DNA of 64,000 bases from the human T2T-CHM13v2.0 reference genome, Homo sapiens (GCF_009914755.1 NC_060930.1), one strand, 5' to 3'; shown: positions 25,691-41,508, counted from the stretch's first letter. Notes: generated by a model not told the origin, from the sequence alone. Numbers and translations are program-made.

Positions 25691-26854
25691 TTATAGCTAT
25701 TATTGTCACTTTGTGTAAAGCAGTGTACAAATAGAACAGCAGATGCCTTTTCGGAGGCTATAGCCTATCTGAGAAAACGAGAATAATACATTAATGATTA
25801 TTAAAGACCATGACAGGATATTGGTACTAAGTCGTATTGTGTAGGCTTTAAGTGCTATAGTTCACTTTGCACAAAACTGAACCCTATAATAATCATCCTC
25901 TGCACTGCCTCCACACCGTTCTCCCTGTAGTATTCCTTGTTTCAGTTGGAGAACTGCCCTCCAGCCTGAAACCTGGGAGTTATCTAGACTCCCAGGATGA
26001 GAGTCCTGGGTGGGAAGGGATGGGGGGTTACAAAGGACTGTAATCCTAAATAATGCTCAACACTCCCTCCCTTGTGGCCCCTCTCCACTGTCTGCCTTCA
26101 CATTGTCTCTTGCCTGCAATCTTCTGGCTACTTCCTAATCTTTCTAAATGACCAGGCCTCTGGTCATTTAGTTTAGTGAAAAGTGCCTGGAGATGGGATT
26201 CGGGTGTGTGAGGGCAGGGAGGAAGATGAGAGCATCAGGACCCATTCCTGCTCCTGCCCAAGCTCCCCTTTCTCCAAAAGGAGCTTGGCTATGGAGCAGG
26301 GTTTTTCAGTTCTGGTTCGTTTTAAAGAAGTTTCAGATCATTTAGCCTCCTTACGACTTGTTCCTTTTTATTATATCTTGTCAATTTTCTATCCTGATAT
26401 TTAATTTTCTAAGGATCTTTGCAAGTATAGTGGGATAGGTCTACACTACAAGCTGGGACATCTTAGTTCCAGATGAACTTGTTCTCACCTCTCTGGCTCC
26501 ACTGAATAGCTCCTACAACTTTTTATTAAAAATTGAAATTGTACAATTTTAAAAAGAAATTCATTTTTATTATAAAGAAATTAAATTATATAGTATTGTA
26601 TAAGATTAAAAAGTAGAAGTCTTTCATCACACTCCTATCTCTATTTCTACCCTCCTACCTGGAATTAATTTTGGTTAACAATTTGGTTAGGATCCTTACA
26701 AATGTTTTACTATATATATATTTAATTACATCATATTTTAAACATAAATGGGATTATTTTATTTTCTACAACTTTAAAAAAATTAGCAATATATTTAAAT
26801 TTCTTTCCATATCAGAACATACATCTCAATTTTTTTTCAATGAATTAAAAAAAA

Positions 26855-29150
26855 TTTCAGCTTTTATTTTAGATTCGGGGTACGTGTGCAGGCTTGTTAC
26901 AAGGGTATATTGCATGATGCTGAAGTTTGGGGTATGATTGATTGTGTCACCCGGATAGTCAGCATAGTACTCAATAGTTATTTTTTCAACCCTCTCCCCA
27001 ACCCTCCTCCTTCTAGGTGTTCTGAGTGTCTATTATTGCCATCTTTATGTCCATGAGTACCCAGTGTTTAGCTCCTACTTATAAATGAGAATACAGGGTA
27101 TTTGGTTTTCTGTTCCTGTGTTAATTTGCTCAGGATAATGGCTTCCAGCTGCATCCACATTGCTGCAAAGGATATGACTTTGTTCTTTTTTATGGTCATG
27201 TAGTATTCTACGGTATTATACATATGTAGCACATTTCCTTTACCCAGTCCACCACTGATGAGCCCCTATGTTAATTCCATGTCTTTGCTATTGTGAATAG
27301 GGCTATGATGAACATATGAGTGGATGTGTATTTTTGGTAGAACAATTTATTTTCTTTTGTATATATACCCAGTAATGGGATTGTTGGGTCGAATGGTATT
27401 TCTGTTTTGAGTTATCTGAGAAATCTTCAAACTGCCTTCCACAGTGGCTCAGCTAATTTACATTCCCCTCAAGAGTGTATAAGTATTCCCTTTTCTTTGC
27501 AGCTTCACTAGTATCTGTTGTTTTTTGACTTTTTAATAATAGCCATTCTAGGTCAGGCATGGTGGTTCATACCTGTGATTCCAGCACTTTGGGAGGCTGA
27601 GGCTGGCAGATTGCTTGAGACCAGGAGTTTGAAAACAGCCTGGGCAAAATGGTTAAACCCTGTCTCTCCGAAAGTAAAAAATAAAAAAATAGCTAACTGT
27701 GTTTCTATCTGCAGTCCCAGCTACTTGGAGGCTGAGACAGGAGGACTGCTTGAGCCCTGGAGGTTGAGGCTGCAGTGAGCTGTGATGGTGCCACTGCACT
27801 CCATCCTGTCTCAAAAAAAAAAAAAAATAGCCATTCTGACTGGTGTGAGATGGTATCTCACTGTGGTTTTGATTTGCATTTCTCTGATGATTAGTGACAC
27901 TGAGCATTTGTTCAGATGTTGGCTGCATGTATGTCTTCTTTTGAAAAGTGTCTGTTCACACCTTTTGCCCACTTTTTAATGGGGTTATTTGGTTTTTGCT
28001 TGTTCAATTGTTTAAGTTCCTTATAGATTTGGAATATTAACCTTTGTCAGATGCATAGTTTGTGAATATTTTCTCCTATTCTTTAGGTTGCCTGTTTATT
28101 CTGTTGATAGTTTCTTTTGCTGTGCAGAAGCTCCATAGTCTTAGGTCCTTGTGGGAGCTAAGCTCCCACTTGTCAATTTTTGTTTTTGGTACAATTACTT
28201 TTGAGGACCTAGTCATAATTATTTCCCAAAGCCAATGTCCAGAATGGTGTTTCCCAGGTTTTCTTCTAGGAATCATATAGTCTGAGGTCTCACATTTACA
28301 TCTTTAATTTATCTTGAGTTAATTGTTTTATATGGTGAAAGGTAGGCATCCAGTTTCATTCTTCTGCATATGAATAGCCAGCTAACCTGGCACCATTTAT
28401 TGAATAGGGTATCCTTTCTCTATTATTTTTTGTTGTTGTTGTTGGCCTTGTTGATCAGATGGTTGTAGGTGTATAGCTTTGTTTCTGAGTTTTGTATTCT
28501 GTTCCATTGGTCTATGTGTCTGTTTTTGTACTGGTATCATGCTGTTTTGATTACTGTAATCTAAGAGTATAAAATTAGGTAGTGTGATGCCTCTGGCTTC
28601 TTTTTTCTTGGGATTGTTTTGGCTATTTGGGGCTTCTGTTTTGGTTCCATATGAATTTTAGAATAGTTTAAAAAATCTGTGAAGGATGTTATTGGTAGTT
28701 TGATAGGAATACCATTGAATTTGTAGATTGAATAGTATGGCCATTTTAACAATACTGATTCTTCCAGTCCATGAGTATGAAATGTTTTTTCATTTGTTTT
28801 GTGTTGTCTCTGATTTCTTTCAGCAGTGTTTTGTAGTTCTCCTTGGAGAGATTTTTCACTTCCTTGGTTAGCTGTACTCTTAGGTATTTTATTCTTTTGG
28901 TGGCTATTGTAAATGGGATTGCATTCTTGATTTGGCTCTAAGCTTAAATGTTACTAGTATAAAGGCAACTAATTTTGTGCATTGATTTTTGTATCCTGAA
29001 ATTTTACTGAAGTTGTTTATTAGTTTCAGTGACCTTTTGGCAGAGTCTTTAGGGTTTTACAGGTATAGAATTATATTGTCAGTAAAGAGATAGTTTAACT
29101 TCTTTTCTTATTTGGATGCGTTTCTTTCTCTTCACTGATTGTTCTTTGCA
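26855..29150 (-). mobile_element. L1 (L1PB/old L1PA) 3' portion, with AluJ (+) at 27551-27827
   Basis: L1 3' UTR and ORF2 C-terminal remnants; Alu TSD aatagccattct. Confidence 0.85.
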
Positions 29151-30830
29151 TCTTAATATTTTTAACAGCCACATAGTATTTCATAGTATCACAGTTCATT
29201 TAATCATTCTTCTCTTTTAAAAATGTGTGTTTTTTCTATAGAAACCAGTTTAGAAAGTAACAAAACAAACAGTAAACGGTAATCTCTTTTGACCCTTGTG
29301 ATATTTGGTTCCTCTTTCCTGCCAGTGATGATGAGGAATTTAGCTAACTTACATCACTCCTCTTTCTGCCTGTTGCCCAGTTTTAGTCATATTTTTGCTC
29401 TTTATTTTGTAATCGAGTGCTTATAACTTTAAATATTATCTCCAAATCTCTGTTTTATTGAGCTGTCCTCTTTAGATGTCTGTTTTGATTCCCCATCAAG
29501 AAGATGTCCTTACTCTTCCTTCCAAGTCTCCCTTTCTTCAGTTTCTAAGTATTTTGTCTCCAATATTACTACATTTATGTCCCTGTCCTATAATTGGAGA
29601 TCAGTATTTGGTGCTTCATGTAGAAATTGATTCTAAAAATTAAAAGTAAGCAAACAGCATTTGATTGATTCTGAATATGGAAATCCAATAAACAGCACCT
29701 GCTATGTTAAATTACATAACCCTTATTCACTACAGCTGGAGTTAGTAATACAAGGAATGCAATTCTGTATCAAGAAACATGCACTATTCTAAGTAGAATG
29801 TTTCTAGTATCAAGACCAAGCATCATTTTTTCTTCTTATTCAAAATCATGCTACAATTACATTTGCCCCATATTTGAATAATACTCTTATTGTCTCTCCC
29901 CACCCCCATGTTTCTAGGGTTTTTTCGTTTGTTTTATTGTTGTTTATTTTGTGAGCAGAAGCAGTGTTATTCACCATATCAATTGGCTACTCTTTTCAGG
30001 AAGAATATAAAAGAGGCTAATTTTCACTGATCTTAAGTATCTGAAAATTTTTCCATTTCATTTCTCTCATTATAAACAGTTTGGCTAAGTACAGAGTTCT
30101 AGGCTGAAAACCATTTTCACTTAGAATTTTACAAGTGTTGTCTTTGTCTTTTACTATCCAGTATTGTTACTGAGAAGTCTGATACAAGTCTTACCTCCAT
30201 TCCTTTGTAGATATCCTTTTAAAATTTTAGAAACAAGTAGGAGCTTCTCTTTATACCCGCCAATCTCAAATTTCATAAGGATGTGTCTAATGCACATTTC
30301 TTTTTATTTATTCTGCTTGGCATTCCATGGGCCCTTTCAATTTGAAGACCTCCTGCTCTCTTCAATACTGGGAACTTTTCTTCTAACATTTCTTAGAATA
30401 TTTCCTTCTTTATTTTCTGTTTCCATTGTTTGAAATGCATATTGGATGTTGACCTTCCTGGATTGACCTCATAGATCTTCAGTTTTTTTCTTTTGTATTT
30501 CCTATCTCTTGCACTTTGTTTTATATTTGAGAAACTTCTTGGACTTTTCCTTTTTCTCAATTTAACTTTTAACTTATTTTAGTTTTCATTAACTCTTTTT
30601 TGTTCTCTCACTTTTTATAGCATCTTCTTCCTGTTTTATGGATACAAGTTTCTTCTTGAATTTTCTGAGAGAAAGTGAAATTCTTTTAATATTTAATGAT
30701 GTTTCCTGGGTTGTCCACTTGTTTTATGATCAATTGTTCTGTTTGTTTATGTTGGTTTTTCCTTTTGTTGGTGATTTTCCTCAAGTATATGGTAACCCTT
30801 GGTTGGCTATTCATTTTTATAAATGAAGGA
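29150..30830 (-). mobile_element. Old L1M fragments
   Basis: T-rich degenerate sequence resembling antisense L1 ORF1. Confidence 0.45.
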
Positions 30831-31549
30831 TTAAATTGATTAGTTCAGAGCAACTGCATGCTGTCTGTATATGAGCAGGTAATGTTGTATCACACTTCTA
30901 TTTAAGATGTGAAGATGAGAAGATGCAGGAAGCCTGGATCTTGCCCCAAAAATAAAAGGTATCAACCAACATTCTGTGGACCTAGAATCTTCCAGACAGA
31001 TTATTTCATCCCTTTAGAAATGATTTACCTTTTTTCTTTATGGGGCAAATGTCGCTGTTAAGTGAAGGGCTGGTAGAGGTGACCTTAAGGAATTTTTCTG
31101 CAATTTACCCTCTTACACTTTCTAGATATTCAAATTATATACAAATAATGAGTTTTATTCTTACTTTTTAATATGTATGCTATTTCTTTTTCTTACTTTG
31201 CTTTGGCTCACACCTGTAGTACAATGTTGATTTTAAAAAAATCCTAAAAATATCCTAAAAATCTTCACAAAAGATCATCTAAGAGACTCTCAGGTTAATT
31301 CTTCCTAGGGAAATTTTTTTTTTCATTTTTCTGTAGATGGTCATTTAATCTTGTAGAACAGTGTTGTTTTCCCTGACATCACGCATCTCTTAGTCCTCAA
31401 GTTGGAAGATGTATATTCTAAACTTCATGGCCTTGAAGATCTGCCTCAAATATGATGAAATAAGTTTATTTAACCTCTAGCAGATAATAATAAACTGTAA
31501 ACAACACTCCTCTCTCTCTATTATTTTTGAGGTCTTTGGAGCAAGAAAA

Positions 31550-33010
31550 GCAGATTTTGAAGAGCAGTCAAAATTTGGAGGAAGCAACTGGCATAGGGTG
31601 AGTTTTCTGATTTTGTTCATTTGCCGAGAGGGCAGTTTCAGAGTAGTGGTGGTTTGGTGTGACTAAAACTTTGGTAGAAAGCCAACTGACTTTCTGGATG
31701 GAGCAACCAGAGAAAGGAGCCAAAACCAGGGCCACTGGAGAGTGAGGGTAAATGCCAGAGATGAGAGAGCCAGAGAAGGAAATACCAAAGTCAATTTGTC
31801 CAAGACTCTGGCTAGCCTGTGAACCATGTACATATGGGCGGTTCAAGAACAGTATACACTGAGCTGCCATTCATTGCAGGCATGACAGAATTTTAAAGTT
31901 TATCTTACCAAGTTAATTGCCTGCTAAAACAAAAACCTCAGTTCTCTTTGGAGGTACATAACAAAGTCCAGAATCCCCACAATATAACATTTACAATTCT
32001 AGAACATAATCCAAAGTTACTCAAAATATGAAGAATTATGAAAATTTGACCCATCCTCATAAAGAAAGATAATTGTCAAATACCCAGCCCAGGTGTTAGG
32101 ATCACCAAACAAGAACTTTTAAAGCAGTTATTATTACAATGATCAATGAGGAAAAGGAAAATACACTTATAATAAATGAACAGATAGGAAATCTCAGGAG
32201 AGAAATAGAAAATATAGAAACAAACCAAATGGAAATTTTAGAACTAAAAATACAATATTTGAAATTAAAAAAATTGTTGGTTGGGCTTAAACTATTTACC
32301 TTAAAGAAGAGAGAGAAAAAAGATGGAAAAAAATCAACAAAGTTCCCAGGACATGTGGAACAACAGCAAAGGTCTAACCTATGTATAACTGGGGTACTAT
32401 AAGGAGAAGACAAAGAGTAAATGAGGCAGAAAAAATGTCTAAAGAAATAATGTCTAAAGTTTCTCCAAATTTAGTGAAAGACACAAATTTACAGATTAAA
32501 GAAGCTTAGTGAACTCCAAACTAAATATGAAGAAAATGATATGTAGGTACACCATAACCAAACTGTTGAAAAGCAAAGATACAGAGAAAAGAAAGACAAT
32601 AGGTGAACAATAATTCAGATGTCCAGCATTCCCATCCTTCTGATTTCCATCATACCAGAGGAATGAATGAAGAACATCAGAAATAGTAAATATCTGGATA
32701 AATGGAAAACAAGGCTTACTTTCCTATTAATTTTTTGAAAATACATGTGACTATTTAATATAAACATTAGAACTATTTCTTTTGAGGGTTGTAATGTATT
32801 CAGTTGTAAAACACATCACAACTAGAGCATAAAGGATGTTAGTGGGTTGGAGATGGGTGGGGCAAATGGAGCTAGACAGTTCTAAGGTTTTTACAATATT
32901 ACATTGAATAATATTGACCCTAAGTAGAATGTGAAAAGCCAAGGATGTGTTTGTAATTCTAGCATAACTACTAAAAAACGAAGCATAGAGTTATACTTAA
33001 AAAGGCAATA
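31550..33010 (+). mobile_element. Old L1M 5'/ORF1 remnant
   Basis: ORF 32139..32402 with NQMEILELK...SNLCITGV resembles the L1M ORF1 coiled coil. Confidence 0.65.
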
Positions 33011-33013
33011 GAT

Positions 33014-34377
33014 TTTCTTCTAGGGTTTTTATGGTTTCAGGTCTTACATTTAAATCTTTAATCCATTTTGATTTTTGTATATGGTAAAAGAAAGGGGTCC
33101 AGGTTCATTCTTCTGCATATGGATAACCAGTTATCCCAGCACCATTTATTTACTAGGGAGTCATTTCCCCATTGCTTGTTATTGTCGACCTTGTCGAAGA
33201 TCAGATGATTGTAGGTGTGCAGCTTTATTTCTGAGTTCCATTGCTCTATGTATCTGTTTTTGTACCAGTACCATGCTGTTTTGGTTCTGGACAAATATTT
33301 TATGACAAAGTCTCCAAAAGCAATTGCAACAGAAACAAAAATTGACAAGTGGGACCTAATTAAACTAAAGAGCTTTTTCACGCAAAAGAAACTATCAACA
33401 GAAGAAACAGTCAACCAACAGAATGGGAGAAAATATTTGCAAACTATGCGTACAACATAAGTCTAATATCCAGAATCTATAAGGAACTTAAACAAATCAA
33501 CAAGCCCAAAACAACAACCCCATTAAAAAATGGGCACAAGACATAAACAGACACTTAAAAGAAAACATAGACACAGCCAACGAGCATATGAAAAAATGCT
33601 CAATGTCACTACTCATTAGAGAAATGCAAATCGAAAACACAGTGGTGTCTTATCTCATGCCAGTCAGAATGACTATTATTGAAAAGTCAGAAAATAACAG
33701 ATGTTAGTGAGGTTATGAAGAAAAGGAAATGTTGGTGGGAATGTAAATTAGTTCAGCCACTGTGAAAAGCAGTTTGGAGATTTATCAAAGCACTTAGAAC
33801 TACCATTTAACTCAGCAATCCCATTAATGGGTATACACCCAAAGGAATAGAAATCGTTCTACTAAAAAGTCACATGCACACATGCAGTGCACTACTCACA
33901 ATAGCAAAGACATGCAATCAACCTAGATGCCCATTAATGGTGGACTGGATAAAGAAAATGTGGTACATATATACCATGGAATACCATGCAGCCATAAAAA
34001 AGAATGAATTCATATCTTTTGCAGCAACATGGATGGAGCTGGAGTCCATTATCCCAAGCAAGTTAACACAGGAACAGAAAACCAACTACTGCATGTTCTC
34101 ATAAGTGGGAGCTAAACTTTGAGTGCACATGGACACAAAGAGGAGAACAAAAGACACTGGGGCCTACTTGAGGGTAGAGGGTAGGAGGAGAGTGAGGGTC
34201 AAAACACTACCTATTGAGTACTATGCTCACTACCTGGGTGACAAAATTATTTGTACACCAAACCCCGGCAACATGCAATTTACCCACGTAACAAACCTGC
34301 ACATGTACCCTCTGAACCTAAAATACAAATTGAAAAAGAAAAAATAAAATAAAAATTTTACACACTTTTCAAAAGAA
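33014..34377 (+). mobile_element. 5'-inverted (twin-primed) truncated L1PA/PB with 15-bp TSD AAAAAGGCAATAGAT
   Basis: 33014 to about 33285 is antisense and about 33286-34377 sense; TSD at 32999-33013 and 34378-34392. Confidence 0.88.
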
Positions 34378-36822
34378 AAAAAGGCAATAGATAATTAAAA
34401 TGAATTTCTAAAATATATTCAAATAATCCAAGGAAGGCCGGAAAAGGGGAACAGAGAAACAGAAAACAGAGGGGACAAGCAGAAAGCAAATAAATTCATA
34501 GTCTCAGAGAGACAGGACTAGATTTGGGGTAAGCTGTGTTACAACTGTCTACTGGTAGGGGAAGACAGGGGAAGCTACATCTGGACAGAAGCTTGTGCCA
34601 GGAGAGCGATGGATTTTTTTATGATTAGAGAAGTGACGGAAGAGGAAAGCATGAAGAAATGGAAGAAGAAGTAAAAGACCTGTCAGAGTTCTCAGGGCTT
34701 CCTGACACAGGTGCTCATTATCTAGATCCCAAATTTCTTTATTATGCTGTGGTGTGACTGACACTGCCTGTGGAGCAGCTATTGTGAACTACTTGGTTTT
34801 CAGTGCTTTGAATCTGTCTCCAACCCGTATACCCATGCACACTTTTGCTTGCTGTTTCAACCTGAAGAGCCCTCTGTGTATCAACCTTTGGGTCTAAACA
34901 CTCTGTCTTCTCCCTAGAGGATCCTGGAGATGGTTTTGGCTTGGTACTTGGTCCAGACCCTTGTTTCAACCTCATGTGGACCCTGACTTGGGCCTTCCCT
35001 CAGTACCTATGAACAATGTGTCTCTATTACTCTTCTCCGAGGCGTAGTCTGACACTGTGCTCACTTGCTCCCCGGGCTTCCTGTCCTGGCCCTCCCTTGC
35101 TTTCACCTCCCAGTGGCTACCCAACACCTAATGGAGACCCAGAGACGGAGCCAGGGGACAGGAAGAGAGGGAGGATTACAAGCAAGGCCAGGGGCTGCCT
35201 TACAGTCACATTCTGAGACTACAGGTCCACAAGATGGCGACATTTCCCTATGAAATTAATGCAAGTAATGACTGGGATATTGAAGTGATTTCTAATGTTG
35301 GAAATGTCCCATTCAGTGCTAAAAAGACAGTAAAGACAATGATTTTGTTTAGGGCAAGAAGACAAACCTGGGAAGGGCTTTCTCCGCCAGGGATTCCCCA
35401 GTTAGTCTGAAAAAGGCAAGTCACAGAACTGCATATTCTGCATAAGAAGGCAAATGTGAGAAACCCCCCTGGATCTGTTCATGGAAGTGAGCTCCAGTAT
35501 AGATGTGGAGTCGGGATGGATGCCACTTAGGGTGGCACACTGACCAATAGTAACAAGCACACTAACTCATCCCTGAGATGCTATATTTTGTCTACTTTAT
35601 TGTCTGAGTCAGTAGCAGGACATATAAAATTTCCATCAAAGGAGTTGGAAAAAAAAAACCCCACATACAGTTTTAATTTTTTATTCATCAAACATCTCAG
35701 GAGTTGTGCTGCGAGTTTGTTTGTATCAGTTTTGTGGGATACACAGACAGTTTTACAAACATGAAGTCTCAGGAGAGCTGACTTACAAAATCCTATTTAA
35801 CCTCTACATAGAATATTGAATTTCCGAATGAAAAATCAGAAGAAATCACACCATTCTAATGTTAACAAATGAAAAAATTATAAAGAACATTTAAAGTTTA
35901 TCCTGAAAATTAATTCTTAAGAAAAGAAGATTTAACTGAAGAGTAGCAAAGGGAAATTAAATTATTATTAATTAGGGAAACTAAATGTATTAATTTTTCC
36001 CATTTTACAATAAAAAGCCCTAGGTTTACAGAGGCTAAGTGACTTACTCAATGTTATACAACCTCAGCGAAACAACTGAAGTTGAATGTCACATGTGTCA
36101 GCACTCCACCAGGCACTGGAGAGCAGTGAACAAAGTCAGTGAGAACTGGAGAAGGGATACTGCGTAGGTGTGTTTAACTGCAAAGCCTGGACTCCTTCAC
36201 TGCTGAAACATTTGAAGTGATTCAGAAGGGGACCACTAGGGACTCCCAAGGGCTTAAAGTAGTTAACTGTACTTAATTCCAGGTTAGGACATCTTTTTGA
36301 TCCTAAACATTAGCATGACACCTTAAACAGAGCAAACTTTCAGAACATGTTTGATGAGAGAAATGAGCATTATAATGAGGCTACGATTTCTGTAAGTTTT
36401 GCTCATGGCTGATTTGCCAGTATTTGAAACAGTGTCAGACACAAAGCTCAATTAATGTTTGCTGATGGACTGAATGAATAAATGAATGAAAATCGAGGCA
36501 AATAATTAAGAGGAGGGTTCTTATTCTTACATGGTGCCATAATTTTCTCAGTCCAATGGTTTTTTCTTATCTACTTTTGGTTGTGAATATTTTGTTTTGA
36601 CAAAGCAACAATTACTTTGGCCCCGCTTCTGCAATGCTTTGTGCCTGCAGTTGCAGTTGCAGTTGCACTGTACAATATCAGCAGTCCTCTGTACGGAAGT
36701 CCAGCATATTCACACCAGGGTGACATGTGGTTGCACTTGTAGCAAGTTGTATTTTCTGATATTCCTCTTTTTCTCTTCTCCTTGTTTGGCTGGACATTTT
36801 TATACAGATGGAAATCAGGTTA

Positions 36823-37114
<292 letters not shown>

Positions 37115-37486
37115 TTAAAGAAAGAGACATTAAAAAATTGTAATGGAGAATGATAAAAGTGGCTTTCTCTGTATTCATATATTTTTATATAAAGTAGGAA
37201 TAACGTTTGGGCAGAAGCACAGTGAACTTTGCAGGAAAGGATGTGATGGCGGTAATCATGTTGCTTGGCTTGCATCCTTGTACCTCTGAACCTCTTGATC
37301 AGCTATTTTCTTCCAGAGGGATAAACAGCACTTGGGGTCAGTTACTCTTTCCACAAAGTTTAGAACTCCTTTTCAAAATTTATCGCTCATTTGTTTGTTT
37401 GGTTTTGGTGGCAGGAAATAGGGAAATACGTGGAGGCAATTCACTGAAAATGGTAAGCTTTTAACACACTATTAAATAGCCTACCA

Positions 37487-38011
37487 TAGCGATCCCCAAC
37501 CATTTTGGCATGAGGGACTGGTTTCACAGAAGACAATTTTCCATGGACCGAAGATGGGGATTGTTTTGGGATGACTCAAGCTCATGACATTTATTGTGCA
37601 CTTTATTTCTATTATTATTACATTGTAATATCCAAAGAAATAATTTTACAACTCACCATAATGTAGAATCAGTGGGGGCCCTAAACTTGTTTTCCTGCAA
37701 CTACATGGTCCCATCTGGAGGTGATGGGAGATAGTGACAGATCATCAGGCATTAGATTCTCATGAGTGTGCAACCTAGATCCCTTGCATGCACAATTAAC
37801 AATACGGTTTGTGCTCCTATAAGAATCTAATGTGCTGCTGATCTGACCAGAGGCAGAGCTCAGGTAGTAATGTGAGTGATGGGGAGCGGCTGTAAATACA
37901 GATGAAGCTTCACTCACTTGCCCACTCACTGCTCACCTCCTGCTGTGTGGCCTGGTTCCTCATAGGCCACAGACTGGTATCCATCCATGGCCCAAGGGTT
38001 GGGAACCCCTG
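37487..38011 (+). mobile_element. MER1A hAT-Charlie DNA transposon
   Basis: TIR-like tagcgatccccaacc / ggttgggaacccctg; 8-bp TSD gcctacca/gcctaaca; 525 bp. Confidence 0.85.
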
Positions 38012-38855
38012 GCCTAACAAACCTAAAAATACATATGTCCACATGGGGAAAGTGTATGTGGTTGGCAGACAGTCACAGACTTGATATATAGATAGTCCTC
38101 CAACCTTCCCAGAATCCTCTAAATCTAACACAATGGATCCCCTTTGATAGGTCTCCAAGGTCTCCATGAAAACTAATCTGCTTTCTTCAGGTTTGGGGGC
38201 TTATTGGCTCAGGACTCTGTAAACTGGTCTCCCTTTAAATACCGGGAAGATAGAGTGGTGCCTGAGGACATGCTCTGGGGCTCTGGTGCAGATGAGCAGA
38301 ACCTGGGTGCTTTCATCTGGTTGCTATTGAGTACACATTCCTGAGAACTTATGCCTTGTAGGCATGCAAGAATTATTTGTAGATAGAATTATAAAACTGA
38401 ACTGAATAAAATTCATTTGGTTTATGAGCCCCAGAAAGATTCTATGGCTCTTAACTGGTGAGAATTTACAAAAACTTCCATTATTTCATTTTATAAAAAC
38501 ATATTTTTACCATAGGTTCTTTAAATGTGGAGTTGTGAAAACATAGTCTCTTTTGTGTTTTCATAAAACATAAAGACCACTGTATTACCAAAAAATTGCA
38601 AACTATACACAATAGCACTCATACACATTCCGAGTCTACTTTTCCTCTGCTCCTTTCACTCAAATAGTCAGTGAGGTTTAACTAATTATTGTACATCTCC
38701 CAGATGGCAGCACTGTCCTGAGCACTATAATATATATTCTTTCACTTTCTGCTCAAAACATATCTGCAAGGCATTACTCCACTCTAGAGGTGAGTTAACA
38801 GAAATTCAGAGTTTAACTCACGTAATATCACACAATTAGTGTGAGGATGCTTTTA

Positions 38856-39226
<371 letters not shown>

Positions 39227-39513
39227 TTAATGGGGTGGCTTGATCAAAATGGAGTTTTAGGAAAATTCGTGTGGAGGTAGTCAGAAGGATGGTCTGGAAG
39301 GCAGAGAGATGAAGCCAGGGAGGACAATTAGGTCACTGTAGGAGCGCTGGTGTCAGCCAAGAAAGCTCTGAACTGAGATAGAGTTATTGGGTGAGGAAAG
39401 GAAGGGGCAAATGCCTGGGGTGATAAACTAGCTCCAGAAACCTGCTGCTTTCCTATTCTAGGTCCCTAAAATTCTTAAAGCATGTGATATCTAGGATGTG
39501 GCTTCATTGCCCT

Positions 39514-39712
39514 ACAGCTGTTCTGTCCAGTACAACAGCCACTAGCTGTGTGTGGCTATTTATATTAAAATTAAACAAAATTAAACATTTGATTTTTCAG
39601 TCACACTAATCACATTTTAAGTGCTCAACAGCCACTGCGGCTACTGGCTCCTGTACAGGACAGCACAGATCTAGGACATTTCTGTCATCACGGAGATTTC
39701 TGTGTTAGCACT
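39514..39712. mobile_element. MER3-like hAT-Charlie element
   Basis: gctatt...ttaaaattaaa...cagtcacacta..cacatttt aagtgctcaacagccac. Confidence 0.7.
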
Positions 39713-41288
39713 GGCCTAGATATTCCAGGCCCCACAGTGAGACAACATATGAATGTGCTTTGGTAGGCTCTCATCTTTGGCTCTTTCTTTTCCATTCTCA
39801 TACTTACAGAATCTCTCGCATAGCAGACAGTTTGGCCTGAACGTCATCAAGAACAGTGTGGAGCCACGTATCTTCCCACGTCTCCCTCCTCACATCCATA
39901 GTTCTCAGATGGCTAAGAACTCTGCCTGTCTTGATACTGTGCAGACCAGTGATGGCCTGGGACATGCAACCTTAGTGTGGTGAGGGAGAGGAATGGATGG
40001 CAATGGCCTTGAAGGGATTTCCTCTGGCTAACCCCAAGATGAAAAGAATTTGAAAACGATGTCTGAGCAATGAAAGAGGAACTGCTTGGTTTTAACACTT
40101 TGGCAGTCTGTAATTTAATTGGTGTTAAGATGTGAGAATGTATTACATAATTTAAGTCTTAGTATCTCAGAATTGAAATTAATAGATGAGCTCTCTGACA
40201 CATTTTTCCATTCTCCCCTGCCAAATGTTCGCCTAGTTTATGCTTATTTATTGGCAAGGAGCTCCCTGCCTTCAGTCTTGATTCTTTTTGAAATGTCTTG
40301 CTAAGAATGAAATATACTTTCCCTGTACCTTCCTCCTACCAATGGTAGTTCTTTCCCTTGAGGCCACGTGGAGTACCTCCAAGCTCTCTTCGGTATGAAA
40401 GCCCTTCAGACGTTTAACACTGCTCTCATGCTTCATCTGGGCCATCCTAGGTCCAGACTCAAAAGCCCATTCTTTCTACCTCAGCCTAGACTTACAGGTT
40501 TGCCTTTTCAGGGCATGTCATGTAAATGGAATTGTACGGGATGCACTCCTGTTTTGCCTGGCTTCTGTCACTCAGCACAATGGTTTTGATTTTTATCCAT
40601 GTTACAGGATGTATCAATAGGTCATTCCTTCTTAATGCTGAGTAGTTTTTCAATTCTAAGGATATACCACCTTTTATTTTTCTATTCATCAGCTGATGAT
40701 TTGGGTTGTTTCTACTTTCTGGTTATTATGAATAATGGTTATGAACATTCACATATAACTTTTTATGTGGACATATATTTTCATTTCTGTTAGATACATT
40801 CCCAGGAGTGGAATTGCTGGTTCCCTGTGACACTTTTGAACATCTTATGGAATACTCCTCAGAATGTAGGTTTAGGTACAATGTTCTAACCTAATTTGGT
40901 CTGGTTTCACTATAGGCTCACATGTCTTTGATGGATGGTGTCATCGCTCCAGGGGCAGCGAAAAAGACCTCTGAAATTTTACTTCTTTGTGTTTCAAATC
41001 TCTGTTTGTTACCTCTTCCACTTTGCTCCCATGTCTGGGAGAGGGAAGTCTTGGCAGTACCACTACCTTTCATTTGCCATAAAGAGAGAAGCATTAACAC
41101 ATTGATCACCACAAAAGCCTGAAATAACTCTTAACTCTTATTATAGTCTTAATATTCGATGAAAAATATTTCATGCTTACTGTGGTATTAAAATTAGAAT
41201 ACTATATTTTTTGTGAAGATCACTTTATAATAGATCACTAAACAGATGCTGAACAGATTTATTCAATGCATTTTTGCTAGATACATAC

Positions 41289-41508
41289 CCTGATTTTTGC
41301 CTTCATGTCTTTGATCAGTTTCTTCCTTTCTAATTTCTTCTTTTGTTTTAGTTTCCACTTTTCAATTTGGGCAGGAAGGAGGCGATCAAAAATATCTTGA
41401 TCATCAACTTGTATAAAAACAGCTGCATCTGGGAAAAATCCACGATCTCCCAAAAACTGGGCCTCTTCTGGATATCGTGGGAAACCATCTAATATAAAAC
41501 CTGTGGAA
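41289..41508 (-). CDS. AK9: AK9 exon: STGFILDGFPRYPEEAQF...KDMKAKIR (AK signature)
   Basis: ccag acceptor and AGG|gtatgt donor; 220 nt, phase 2-0; FILDGFPR adenylate kinase signature. Confidence 0.95.
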
